Part shown: positions 1 through 12,305 of the stretch, piece after piece
How positions within the stretch are numbered: position 1 is the stretch's first letter
Layout of the letters: the number at the start of each line of letters is the position of its first letter
Source: Octopus bimaculoides
Taxonomy: Eukaryota
Assembly: GCF_001194135.2 (NCBI RefSeq)
Contig: NC_068989.1
Coordinates: forward strand, 69,896,250 to 69,960,249
Length of the DNA: 64,000 nucleotides
Direction of reading: 5' to 3'
Made by a program: the position numbers and the translations under genes
Notes under the pieces: model-generated
Told to the model about the DNA's origin: nothing
The model's database searches: none
The model's input: the letters and a program-made list of their open reading frames with translations, nothing else

Positions 1-1145
1 AGTTCAGTGTATTTTCACACATATTGTCTATAAGACTTTCTCTTCTGAAACAATTACCATAGCAAAGGTCTTTCTACATTTGTGTGTACACAAACATGTT
101 AAGTATATATTATGTACATGAACATGTTAAATATATATTTTTTGTACTTAGCTTCAATCTTTGCTGCTGAGTACTTCTAATGAGTTCATTCTAGTTTGAC
201 AAAGTTTTGCGGATGCTACCAAAATTATTATTTGTTTTTTACATATGAGAAGAGCAGTTCTTAATGGTTTATGAATGATGGATTCATTGTTCATAGCTGA
301 TGAAGTTTAACAATGCAGAAACATATAACCTACTGTCCATTGACATTATTCACTGCTCAGCATGTTTTCACACACTTGGTCTATAAGGAGAATTTCTCTT
401 CTGATAGAAATATCATTGCAAAGATCTTTGTACATTTGAGTATACAGAAACATGTTAAGTATATAAATGCACACAGCTTTATTTTAATCATCATTACCTA
501 GTGTGCCTTTAATTAATTTATTTACTGACGTACTGATTTGAGTTCAAATCCTATGAAGGTAGTTTTACTTCATGTTGTTCAAGAATCAATAAATCAAATC
601 ACTCAGAAATCACTTGAGGTCGATTTGGGTTTCATAAAATATCACCTTTAAGGCAAAGAAACAAATGTGAATTTACATCTTTAAAGTATAGAATAGTGCA
701 GTTTTCCTTTTTTTTTTTTCTTTTTTTAATATAATGTTTTATGTGACATCATTAGTATTTTGGAATATATTGATTGAATCAGTTAAAAATCAATGTTCAT
801 TTATGGGGCATTGTGAAATCATTTTGATTTTTTTTTTGTTAGAAATTTTCAATATTTCAAATTTTCTTTTCTTCTTCTTCTTCATTAGAATCTTCCAATT
901 CTGTTTCCATTTCTTGCTGAGTGCCTTCCTGACACCTAGGGCAGAGAAATATACTTTATACATTGGTAGGCCATTAAAATAAAAACACCAGATTGTTCAT
1001 TTACAAAGTCATGTGATAGAGAAAAGGGGCAAGACAGAAAGATTTCTATTATTTGACTTGTACATGATAATTTAATTAGCAGGGTTTTTCTCTTGTAGTT
1101 TGGTGACAGCAAGTCCCCTCAAATCTCAAGATATTATTATTATTA

Positions 1146-1372
1146 AGGTAGCAAGCTGACAGAATCGTTAGCATGCCGGGCAACATGCTTAGCAGTATTT
1201 CATCTGCCACTACATTCTGAGTTCAAATTCTATCGAGGTTGACTTTGCCTTTCATTCTGTCAGGGTCAATAAATTAAGTACCAGTCAAGTACTGGGGTCG
1301 ATGTAATCGACTATCCCCCTTCCCCAAAATTCAGGCCTTGCACCTATAATAAGAAAGGATTATTATTATTAT
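1146..1372 (+). mobile_element. SINE family A copy
   Basis: Same head, body and ATT tail as the array. Further + copies at about 2190, 20445, 20655, 35960, 43390, 47940 and 58830-59480; minus copies at about 2050, 21478 and 24330. Confidence 0.85.
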
Positions 1373-1900
1373 ACAGTGTGAGAAAAGCATATGTACAAAA
1401 TGGCAGGTTGTAGTATTAGATTGCAAGAATTACATTTACTATTAAACTCAGTATGCCACATTGGTCTTCAGACATTATTAGAATCCATAATTTCAAAATA
1501 ATTTGTTTGCCTGTAATTAAAGATAAAGTTATTTAAATCATCTAAAAGCTATAATATATTTTCTTAGTTATTAATTAAATGTTAAAAGTTTAATAATCAT
1601 TAATCTCTCCCCCTCCCCATCTCCCCTCCCTTCTCCCTCCCCTCCCTCTCTCCTCCCTCTCTTTCCCTTTATTTTGTTTGCTCACTTATTTGTACTCTTC
1701 TTGTTGGTATATTCTTTTAAATTGCATCACGTTTACATCATCACTATCTTCATCATTTTAACGTGTAACTTTCTATGCCAACATGAGTCAGACAAGAGTA
1801 AGTTGGGATAGAGGTTTCTATAGTCGGTAGTAGTGGCATTCCAAGCATGGTATCTCATTTTATTTTCAAAACATTATCCAAAGTGTCTTTCTCATTTTAA

Positions 1901-2570
1901 CCCTTTAGCATTTAAGCCAGCCATATCCAGCCAAAGTATTCTACTTGTTTATATCCATATTGGCCAGATCTGGCCTCTCACACCTACCCTACCATGTCAT
2001 TCTAAAAAATAAGCAACTGCATCATCAAAATCTCAAGGATACAAGGTAATGATTTCAAATTTTGGCACAAGACTACCAATTTCAGAGAAGGAGCTAAGTC
2101 AATTACTTCGACCCAGTGCTCAACTGGTACTTATTTTATTGACCACAAAAGGATGAAAAGGAAAGATGAACTTGGCAGAATTTGAATTAGGTGGCGAGCT
2201 GGCAGAAATGTTAGCACGCTGGGCGCAATGCTTAGCAGTATTTCGTCTACCGTTACGTTCTGAGTTCAAATTCTGCCGAGGTTGACTTTGCCTTTCATCC
2301 TTTCGGGGTCGATAAATTAAGTACCAGTTATGCACTGGGGTCGGTGAAATCAACTTAATCCCTTTGTCTGTCCTTGTTTGTCCCCTCTATGTGTAGCCCC
2401 TTGTGGGCAATAAAGAAATAAGAATTTGAATGCAGAGCGTAAAGACAAATGAAATGCCACTAAGCATTTTGCCTGGCATTTTGACTCTGCCCAAGATAAT
2501 GCATGATAAATTCAAAACAATGTGAATAAATATGCATTACATTTCAGAGAGTAATTCAAATGTTAAAGGG
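1901..2570. mobile_element. piggyBac-like MITE (family D) with nested SINEs
   Basis: TTAA|CCCTTTAGCATT ... AATGTTAAAGGG|TTAA. Homologues at about 25380-25530, 47229-47436 and 60565-60774. Confidence 0.8.
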
Positions 2571-3196
2571 TTAAGTCAGTAGAGTAGGATTTGTGCAGAA
2601 TTTAGCTGCTATTTGTAAAAAAAAAAGCAGATAACTGCATACTAAGGCTTTTCTCAATGATGAAATGATTTGGCCATCAACACATCAGGTAAATAAGCCC
2701 ATGAAATCAAGAAACAAGTAATCAATACCAATATACATGATAGATTGTTTCATATTTTAAAGATCATCCTGCCAGAGGCTATTCTAAGAAGTGCATGACT
2801 ACATGCACGCACGCACATTATGCAACCAGTTAACAAATGAAAACAGACTGCATGCAATAAAAACGATCCAGAATTATTGACAGTTGCACAGTTTATAGAC
2901 TTGTTGCAATAAATAACCAATCTTCTTGCTGTTCAAGATTAAAAATAGAATGCAAATCTGATTCCATGAGATGTATGTGGTCTTTAAGTGGTCAGTTTTC
3001 TTGTACTCCTTTTGTGTGGTGATGGCAGCAGTGGTTGTTGCTGTTGCTTTTCTTTTAAGCGTATTACAAATACAACTGTGTTCTACTTCCATCTCTCCTA
3101 TTCAGCTTTTTTCTTTCTTTTTTCATATGTTCATACTCATTCTTTACACTTTGATTGGAACATTTAAGTCCCAAAATCCATTACTAAGATATCTAG

Positions 3197-3238
3197 TTCT
3201 ATTCCTTTCCTTCCTTTTCAATAACTTTGTTGGTGCTG
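3197..3238 (+). CDS. Candidate alternative micro-exon of the TRPM gene, 14 codons
   Basis: atatctag|TT...GCTG|gtgagt. 42 nt, stop-free, phase 1/1, matching exon A's phase-1 acceptor. The acceptor is weak. Confidence 0.35.
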
Positions 3239-4366
3239 GTGAGTATAGCTGGCATTTTATAGTAGCAGATAGAAACAGTGAGATTGATGTTGGTTTTGGT
3301 AGTACCTTAAAGGGGCAGATTCACATACACTGACAGAAGATGAGGCCATGAATTTCTAGAAACTTTGAATTTTGGATTAGAAACTTTATTGTTCCAATGT
3401 GACACTACTCAGAGTTTCTTGCACACAGCAAGAAGAATTCAAGGAATCATCATATTCAAGTGTCATGTGTGTGAATTTTCTCTGGTTTAAATTTGTTCAT
3501 AATAATGCTTTTTTGTTTTTATTTTGTGTATTCATAGCAGATTAATAACATTGATTTGAGAAAATATTGTTATCTAGCTGTTGAAAAGATGAAAAGAATA
3601 CAAAATAACTGTCTCTGTTTCATTCTCATCAGTAATACAATACTATTGTACATACGACTATCATAGGTTGATTTAAGAAATAGAACAGGTGTCTCAGTAC
3701 TAACACAAGATAACAAACTTTCCTTTTACATTCAGTATCTCACTTCTTTCCCTCCACCGAATGGTAGATAAATTAGCGAAAATGTTTTTCATCTTAATGA
3801 AGTGCAGACATGACTATGTGAACTCTGTTGTCTGGTGTTTTGTACTGTAGTCACAGATTGACCAATATTTAGTAAGTAAAATTAGTAGACAGAAATCCCA
3901 AGAAGTACACACACACACATACACATTGAAATATGTTTCGTTAAATACATGATTATGTTCAAGTTTCATCTTTCTCATTTTAGAATTTTTCATTTTTTTT
4001 TTTTATTAGCTTTCTATGGTTGGTTTGAAACAGTAAAATTCCTAAATCCATATCTTCACAGTCTTGTTTTTTCAAGAATTGAATATATCTGACATTTGGG
4101 TTCTTTCTTATACACTAATTGAATTCGTGAAGACTTTTCCACCAAAGGTGGTTTTGACTGTTAACATTATACGTGAGCACTCATGTCATGATTCGTATGT
4201 CACAGTCAATATACACCAATTTTACTTGCAAACTGTTGGTCGGCTCATGGGCATAGTCTAGTAGACCAGCCAACAGCATCAACACAGTAGGACCAAACTT
4301 CTAATCACGTGGTTCTAAAGGAAACTTCTTAACATAGCTATGCCTGTACTTCATTACAAATAAGCA

Positions 4367-4415
<49 letters not shown>

Positions 4416-4820
4416 NNNNNNNNNNNNNNNNNNNNNNNNNNNNNNNNNNNNNNNNNNNNNNNNNNNNNNNNNNNNNNNNNNNNNNNNNNNNNNNNNNNNN
4501 NNNNNNNNNNNNNNNNNNNNNNNNNNNNNNNNNNNNNNNNNNNNNNNNNNNNNNNNNNNNNNNNNNNNNNNNNNNNNNNNNNNNNNNNNNNNNNNNNNNN
4601 NNNNNNNNNNNNNNNNNNNNNNNNNNNNNNNNNNNNNNNNNNNNNNNNNNNNNNNNNNNNNNNNNNNNNNNNNNNNNNNNNNNNNNNNNNNNNNNNNNNN
4701 NNNNNNNNNNNNNNNNNNNNNNNNNNNNNNNNNNNNNNNNNNNNNNNNNNNNNNNNNNNNNNNNNNNNNNNNNNNNNNNNNNNNNNNNNNNNNNNNNNNN
4801 NNNNNNNNNNNNNNNNNNNN

Positions 4821-5142
4821 TTCTAGCACTTGTGCTGGTGGCACCTTAGAAAATCGTTCGAGCGAGGTCATTGCCAGTACCGCTGGACTGGCTCCCATGC
4901 AGGTGGCACGTAAAAATCACCTTTTTGAGTGTGGCCGTTGCCAGTACTGTGTGACTGGTCCTTGTGCCGGTGGCACGTAAAAGCACCCTCTACACTCTCA
5001 GAGTGGTTGGCATTAGGAAGGGCATCCAGCTGTAGATCCTCTACCAGATCAGATTGGAGCCTGGTGCAGCCATCTGGTTCGCCAGTCCTCAGTCAAATCG
5101 TCCAACCCATGCTAGCATGGAAAGCGAATGATGATGATGATG
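4821..5142 (+). mobile_element. Retroposon 3'-tail family C ending in (GAT)n
   Basis: GGTGGCACGTAAAAAGCAC repeats, then GGCATTAGGAAGGGCATCCAGC...CATGCTAGCATGGAAAG-(GAT)n. Copies at about 31790, 37880, 39730, 41005, 47780 and 52990; minus copies at about 17200, 23700 and 27440. Confidence 0.8.
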
Positions 5143-5573
5143 ACGAGCTTCTTTAAGTTTCTGTCTACTAAATTCACTCACAAGGCTTTGGAGTGTGTAT
5201 TAGAAGACACTTGCCCAAAGTGCCATGCAATGGGACTGAACCCAGAATCATGTGGTTGGGAAGCAAGCTCCTTACCACACAGTCATGCCTGGGGGTGGGG
5301 TAAATATGAATACATGTATAGCTGTGTATGGATTGTGTATATATGTATATTAATTGCTCGCTGTTTCTGATATATCACCACTATTTCTTCAAGGCACTAA
5401 ATATATCTTCTAAGTTATTTATTTAATTTCAAGAAAATCTTGCAAAGAAGAACTGTAAGAGATTTTAAGCATGTAAAGGTGATTTATTTATTATTCTGAG
5501 CATCTCTCAGCTAAAAATATACTTATATAATTATTTCTCCTTTTTATTCAACCAAACTTCTATCTATCTGTCA

Positions 5574-5632
<59 letters not shown>

Positions 5633-6117
5633 CCTCTCTCTCATATCATGTGTATATGTGTGCGTGCATCTGTATAATATGGCTATGTTGACATTAAAAG
5701 CATTCAAATCATGAATATTGTTTCAAACCAAGACTGCTTCAAGCTAGCTGGTTGTGGCCATGCTGGTGCACTGCCACCAAATAATTGTTTGTAGCCCTTA
5801 TGGAAGTTGTACACTTTACAGCAATATCTTTCTTCACTTATTTCTATTTCATTACAAACAGAATTCTTAATTAAAAGCTGAATTATGAAAGAAATTCAAT
5901 TTTTATCCTTTGGCTAGCTTTTGGGAATATTCAATATGAATATAAGACTTAATACTGTTTAAAGTAATGGCCAGCATATTTTGTAAATTAATTCATTGAA
6001 TGATATAACAACATATCTGTGAATCTAACAAATATATATGTCCGTTTTTTAAAAATTTATTTATGAAATTTTGAGAACTTAAGCCATTAAAATTTGTTCC
6101 ATTTTTGATCATTTCAG

Positions 6118-6301
6118 ACAGTGGTGTAAAAGGACGTGGTGTACCAGTAATCTGTGTGGTTTTAGAAGGTGGGGCCAATACCATCCGTTCTGTTTTGGAA
6201 TATGTAACAGATTCCCCTCCAATACCAGTTGTAGTTTGTGATGGAAGTGGACGTGCTGCTGACTTGCTAGCATTTACTCATAAATATACCTCAGAAGATG
6301 G
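6118..6301 (+). CDS. TRPM3: TRPM (TRPM1/3/7-like) channel, coding exon A in window (MHR1/2)
   Basis: Translates [62 protein letters not shown], matching the TRPM 'GVPVV..IVEGGPN...[18 protein letters not shown]' block. Acceptor tttcag| (phase 1), donor GG|gtaaat (phase 2). Confidence 0.96.
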
Positions 6302-6574
6302 GTAAATATTAAAGTCTCATCAAGAATTTCTTTACATATGTGATATTAATATTTTATGATATTAATTGTATGTGCATGTATATACGTGTGAATGTTAACG
6401 TTCTGCACTCAACTCACCCTACAGGCAGTGATGGTTGTTGACATTTCCTTGTTAAAAGCTCCTTTACTTGAGAAACAGAAAAGGGTTTGCAAAAATATTT
6501 CAGTAATATGTATTCATCTAACTCATGTTAGCATGGTAAAACAGGCACAAGACAAATGCACCATATATATATAT

Positions 6575-6785
6575 ACTCTTTTACTCTTTTCAATCATTTG
6601 ACTGTGGCCATGCTGGAGCACCACCTTTAGTCAAGCAAATCAACCCCAGGGCTTATTCTTTGTAAGCCTAGTACTTATTCTATCGAGCTCTTTTGCCGGA
6701 CCGCTAAGCTACGGGGACGTAAACACACCAGCATTGGTTGTCAAGCAATGTTGGAAGGGGGACAAACACAGACGCACAAACATAT

Positions 6786-6877
<92 letters not shown>

Positions 6878-7045
6878 GTATATATGGCGGGCTTCTTTCA
6901 GTTTCTGTCTACCAAATCCACTCACAAGGCTTTGGTCGGCCTGAGGCTATAGTAGAAGACACTTGCACAAGGTGCCACGCAGTGGGACTGAACGCGGAAC
7001 CATGTGGTTGGTAAGCAAGCTACTTACCACACAGCCACTCCTATG
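6575..7045 (-). mobile_element. tRNA-derived SINE family B (full length, internal (AT)n)
   Basis: On the minus strand: GGAGTGGCTGTGTGGTAAG (A-box) ... GGTTCCGCGTTCAGTCCC (B-box) ... AAGAAGCCCG-(TA)n-...CATGGCCACAGTCAAATGA. A partial neighbour at 7090-7328 is cut by the mariner. Confidence 0.88.
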
Positions 7046-7292
7046 TCTATATATATACATACATATACACACACACATATAAATATATATATTCTTTTAT
7101 TTGTTTCAGTCATTTGACTGCGGCCATGCTGGAGTACCACATTTAGTCAAACAAATCAACCCCAAGACTTATTCTTTGTAAGCCTAGTACTTTTATTCTA
7201 TCGGTCTCTTTAGGCGAACTGCTAAGTTATGGGGACATAAACACACCAACATCGGTTGTCAAACTGTGGTGGTCGAGGGGACAACACACACT

Positions 7293-7328
<36 letters not shown>

Positions 7329-7329
<1 letters not shown>

Positions 7330-8616
7330 TAGGTTGTCAAGAAAGTTCTTGTGGTTTATAACCTTTAAATTCAGGTGCACATATCTCGGCGCAAACAATA
7401 CTTTATTAATCGAAATAAACACCATCAGAATCAACACACCTTGGCCAACGCGAAACAAGTTTATTTATGCCAGTAGCATAAAAATCCTGCATTCTGGTGG
7501 CGATGAAGTCGTTGAAGGTGTGTTTGGCATCATCTTGGTTTTTGAAGCATTTCTCACACAGGAAGTTGTTGAGATGCTTGAAAAAGTGGTAGACTGTAGG
7601 TGAGAGGTCTGATGAGTATGGCGGATGAAGCAGAGTTTCGTAGCCCAAATCGTTCAACTTCTGCAGGGTCAGCTGTGCAACGTGTGGTCAAGCGTTGTCG
7701 TGAAGAATTGGTCCTTTTCTAATGACCAATGCTGGCTGTTGTTGTCGGAGTTCCTTATGCATTTCATCCATTTGCTGACAGTACTTCTCCACCGTAATGC
7801 TTTCGCCTGGATCCAAAAAGTTGTGATGGATGAGACCGGCAGCAGACTACCAAACAGTCACCATGACCTTCTTTTGGTGCAACTTTGGCTTCAAAAGTGC
7901 CGTGATGCTTCATTGGCGTCCAACTACTGAGCTGAGTGTCGTTGGTTGTCGTAAAGAATCCACTTTTCATCGCAAATCACATTCCAGTCAAGAAACGGGT
8001 CGTTCTTGTTGCATAAAAGAAGGGAAGATGATACTTCAAAACGGCCTTTTTTTTTTTTTGTTGTCGTTCAATTCATGCAGCACCCATTTCTCAAGTATTT
8101 TTGTTTTACCAATTTCTTTCAAGTGGTTGGAAATTGTCGTATACGTTATGTCTAATTCAGAAGCAAACTTTCGAACAGTTGTGTGTAGATTGGCTTTGAC
8201 TAAGACTCTTAGTTGATCGTTGTCAACATCTGATGGCCAACCACTACGCTGATCATCTTCAAGACTCTCATCACTGCTACGAAATTTCTTGAACCACTAT
8301 TGTGCTATACGTTCATTAGTGGTTCCTGGGTCAAGTGCATTGTTGATATCGCGAGCTGTTTCAGCAGCTTTTCGGCCTAGCTTGAACTGGAATAAGAAAA
8401 TTGTGCAAATTTGCTTTTTGCCCATGTTGTATTCAACATTCCAGAAAAAAAATGGCCTAATTATTCAAAAAGAAAAAAAGTAACAGGATTAGATAGAGCG
8501 AAAAACGGGCTTTAAAATTATATATAAAGTCAATGTAATTTAACGAGAATTAATTTGAAAATACATCATTTAAAACCAAAATTAAAAATTCTGCAAGAAC
8601 TTTCTTGACAACCTAA
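7329..8616 (-). mobile_element. Full-length mariner transposon (Hsmar1/cecropia-like) with a decayed transposase
   Basis: 23-bp perfect TIRs TTAGGTTGTCAAGAAAGTTCTTG, TA target-site duplication on both sides, 1288 bp. The minus strand from 8425 reads MGKKQICTIFLFQFKLGRKAAETARDINNALDPGTTNERIAQ*WFKKFRS, and later HPPYSSDLSPTVYHFFKHL; stops and frameshifts are present. Confidence 0.95.
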
Positions 8617-9299
8617 TATATAAATAGAAACATTATTTCCTGGGGCTAAACATCAGTAACATTTGTCCCTACCAGGACAGCTACATTATATTGGCAAATA
8701 GCCTTTACTTTATAGATANNNNNNNNNNNNNNNNNNNNNNNNNNNNNNNNNNNNNNNNNNNNNNNNNNNNNNNNNNNNNNNNNNNNNNNNNNNNNNNNNN
8801 NNNNNNNNNNNNNNNNNNNNNNNNNNNNNNNNNNNNNNNNNNNNNNNNNNNNNNNNNNNNNNNNNNNNNNNNNNNNNNNNNNNNNNNNNNNNNNNNNNNN
8901 NNNNNNNNNNNNNNNNNNNNNNNNNNNNNNNNNNNNNNNNNNNNNNNNNNNNNNNNNNNNNNNNNNNNNNNNNNNNNNNNNNNNNNNNNNNNNNNNNNNN
9001 NNNNNNNNNNNNNNNNNNNNNNNNNNNNNNNNNNNNNNNNNNNNNNNNNNNNNNNNNNNNNNNNNNNNNNNNNNNNNNNNNNNNNNNNNNNNNNNNNNNN
9101 NNNNNNNNNNNNNNNNNNNNNNNNNNNNNNNNNNNNNNNNNNNNNNNNNNNNNNNNNNNNNNNNNNNNNNNNNNNNNNNNNNNNNNNNNNNNNTAAAAAA
9201 TCACAGTAGTGTCCACTCGAATGGACAGCCGCATTAAAGTGGCTACAAATATTACTTATATATATAGTTTCTGCTTAATTGCTTATGACAGCCCATCAA

Positions 9300-9430
9300 A
9301 GGTGATGACAGCATCAATCCTGGACATGCCTCCAGCACATTGTAACTCATGGGAGAAAATGTGGTTGACAAGACCAATGCAAAATAGGCAGATCCTGTGG
9401 CACTGAGGACACACGTGCACCCTTGTCTGT
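9300..9430 (-). mobile_element. RTE-like LINE 3' end (C2H2 motif)
   Basis: The minus strand reads TRVHVCPQCHRICLFCIGLVNHIFSH, resembling the RTE C-terminal CxxCxRxCxSRIGLxSH. Confidence 0.5.
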
Positions 9431-9435
9431 ATATA

Positions 9436-10174
9436 CAGGCTGCAGTGAATATATTGTCATCTAATATCTTGAAATACTAAAGAGTAAATTTATTCAATAA
9501 GACTGCCATTGGCTTCAACCATGGTCTCCAGGCGGCTTCGGAATCTCTTGCAACTCTTCTGGGTGAAGTTGGTCAATGCTGCTGTGATCCTTGCCTTCAG
9601 TTCATCTTTGGTGTTACAAGGAGTTTTGTTGGTCTCTTGCTCAACTGTGCCCCATACTTAATAATCAAGAGGGTTGCAGTTTGGGGAGTTAGGTGTTCAG
9701 ATGTTAGGATTGATGTGGTCGCAGAAATTGCGTGACAGCCATGAGTGGTTGCTCCTGCTTGTGTGACATGATGCAGAGTCCTGTTGCCAGATATAGGGTT
9801 TTCCAGCAGCCACCCTCTTGACCCAGAGCAGCACTACCTCCTCCAGGCACTTGATTTAGGCCTCCGTGTTGAGTGTGAGGCCATATGAGAAGATGAATGG
9901 AGGCATAACATCACTCTCTGTACATGCACTCTCCTCAGATTGACACCCAAACACTCTAAAATGTTTGTATTGGAGCTTCCAATATGAATGCCAAGCAATG
10001 CAGCATATCATTTCCACATTTCTGGCAGAGGGAATTGTGTCATGGTGCCGTTGTTCTCACAGACAGTGCCCAACTGACCCTACTATACTATGTAATCAAA
10101 AAAATCAAAAACAAACAATGCACATGCGCGAAATTAAAAATATAAAATGGCGACAACTTACCCATCGCACCCTG
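9436..10174 (-). mobile_element. DD37D (maT)-family Tc1/mariner deletion derivative, copy 1
   Basis: TIR CAGG(G/C)TGC..TG..TA.ATTGTC at both ends with TA flanks; reverse-complement homologue of 10772-11643. Confidence 0.85.
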
Positions 10175-10445
10175 TATATAGGAGGTGGGGAGTGATTGAT
10201 TAAACATTATGTCTAATAAAGTACATTATTTATAGATTACAGCCAACTTAAACAGTTTCTTATGATCTTAAACTGAGAATGGCCCATCTGTTAATTATTT
10301 GTATAAAACCCCATATAATTTTGATTATATCAGGTGGCATTGTTGTTACCTTTAGAAAGCCGTCCACTATTTTACTCAGTATGTTATTTTTAAGTAGATA
10401 AATCTTAAGAGAAATTTAGGTTATACACCTACAAAAATTCTTTAA

Positions 10446-10667
10446 CTCTTTTGTTATATTTCTGTTGAAATACACAGGCTTTGTTTCAGTTAATTTTGAA
10501 AATAATGAAAAATCTATTAAAATAATTTTGTCATTAGAAAGCTGGTGTTTGGGACATAAATTAATATGAAATATTATTAGTGGTTTTTTTAATTTTAGAT
10601 CACTTTAACACAAGAAGTTTGTGTCATAGAACCAGGGACTTCCTCAGGCAAGTTGCTATTGAAAGGG
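10446..10667. mobile_element. piggyBac-like MITE family E
   Basis: TTAA-flanked element of about 220 bp ending GAAAGGG|TTAA. Homologues at about 19318-19419, 25263-25594, 46780-46907, 51601-51818, 54890-55065 and 60339-60560. Confidence 0.75.
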
Positions 10668-10771
10668 TTAATGACTGTAAAGCGCTTATATTTCTCAGTT
10701 TGATTATTTCATCCATCAATCCAAAAAAGTATGTATGTGTGTGTGTGCGCATATATATATATATATATTTA

Positions 10772-11643
10772 CAGGGTGCAATGGGTAAATTGTCGCCATT
10801 TTATACTTTTAATTTCGCGCATGCGCATTGTTTGTTTTTGATTTTGTTAATTACACAATATAGTAGGGTCAGTTGAGCACCAGCTGTGAGAAAAACAGCA
10901 CCATGACACAATTCACTCTGCCAGAAATTTGGAAATGACATGCTGTACTGCTTGGCATTTGTGTTGGAAGCTCCAATACAAACATTTCAGTGTGTTTGGA
11001 TGTCAATCTGAGGACATGTACTAAGACTGATAAAAATCAAACATCCAGTCAACATCATGGTGTTCAGAGTGATCACTAGTGATGACAACGTTATCCCTCC
11101 ATTCATTTTCCCACATGGCCTCACACTCAACACGGAGGCCTCTGTCAAGTGCCTGAAAGAGGTAGTGCTGCCCTGAGTCAAGAGGGTGGCTGCTGGAAAA
11201 CCCTATGTCTGGCAACAGGACTCTGCATCATGCCACACAAGCAGGAGAACCCAGTCATGACTGTCAGGCAATTTCTGCGACCACATCACCCCTAACATCT
11301 GGCCACCGAACTCTCCAGACTGCAACCACCTTGATTATTATGTGTGTGACAGAGTTGAGTGAGAGACCAGCAAATCTCCTTCTAACACCAAAGATGAACT
11401 GAAGGCAAGGATTATGGCAGCGCTAACCAACTTAACAAGGAGACCATCCAGAAGAGTTGTAGGAGATTCTGAAGTCATCTGGAGGCCATTGTTGAAGCCA
11501 ATGGCGATTTTATTGAATAAATTTACTCTTTAGTATTTCAAGATATTTTTATGTAATTGTGGTAAATATATCTGTGAAAATGAGATGTCAGTGTTATTTT
11601 TATTTTTGCATAATTTAGACAACAGTTTATTCACCGCACCCTG
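10772..11643 (+). mobile_element. DD37D (maT)-family deletion derivative, copy 2
   Basis: TIRs CAGGGTGC... with TA flanks. Reads YVWQQDSASCHTSRRTQS*LSGNFCDHITPNIWPPNSPDCNHLDYY, with 37 residues counted between the QD and LD aspartates. Confidence 0.9.
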
Positions 11644-12181
11644 TATATATTGCAGTAGGCAGCACGTCAGTCTCATAATCCAAAATATATAATAACCTCA
11701 AATTCAACAGATAAACTATTTACGATACCAAGAGTACTGTTTTATTCTCTGTTTACTTTGACCTTTCTTTATATAACAACAGGCTCAATAAACACATTCT
11801 TTCAATAAAGAAAATGGTTAAATTTCTTAGTAGTTAATATTATGTTACACTGTTTATTCTCTTTATTCAGTTTTACATAGAATCATTTTCCAAATAACAA
11901 GGTTCTAATAAAAGCAGTGAATACTTTAGAAATGCTTCCAAATAAAAGTAGTGTGTGTGTGCATGCACGTGTGTGTATGTGTACGTGTGTGCATGCACAT
12001 GTATGTATGCGCATGCATGTGCATGCATGTGTTTGTTTTGTTATTTCCTTTTCTCTGTTTTATCACGTGCAAATGTTTTTATATTAATGTTTAATATACT
12101 TTACATGTGTATATGTCTAAACCATTTTGCTAAACTCTCTTTTTTATTGTCTCTTTCCTTTCTTTTAATTGCTGACATTAG

Positions 12182-12305
12182 TGTAATGCTCGAAGGAATT
12201 CGAGACCAGCTCATTGTAACTATTCAAAAGACATTCCAATATACCCAGTTGCAAGCAGAAAAACTTTTCATTGAACTCATGTTATGCGTAAAAAAAAAAG
12301 AATTG
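12182..12305 (+). CDS. TRPM3: TRPM coding exon B
   Basis: (G)[41 protein letters not shown] resembles TRPM3 '[36 protein letters not shown]'. Acceptor cattag| is phase 2, matching exon A; donor TTG|gtatgt is phase 0. Confidence 0.95.

Noticed and set aside
296-335. CUGAUGA...GAAAC spacing suggestive of another hammerhead
   Set aside because: No stem II or stem I pairing.
3250-3333. HFIVADRNSEIDVGFGSTLKGQIHIH resembles the TRPM 'HFILADNG...G....LR.QLEKH' motif of the expected preceding exon
   Set aside because: The conserved NGT/KYG/E residues are absent, there is an in-frame stop and no compatible splice sites, and it lies just inside the putative intron. Probably chance; an HMM search would settle it.
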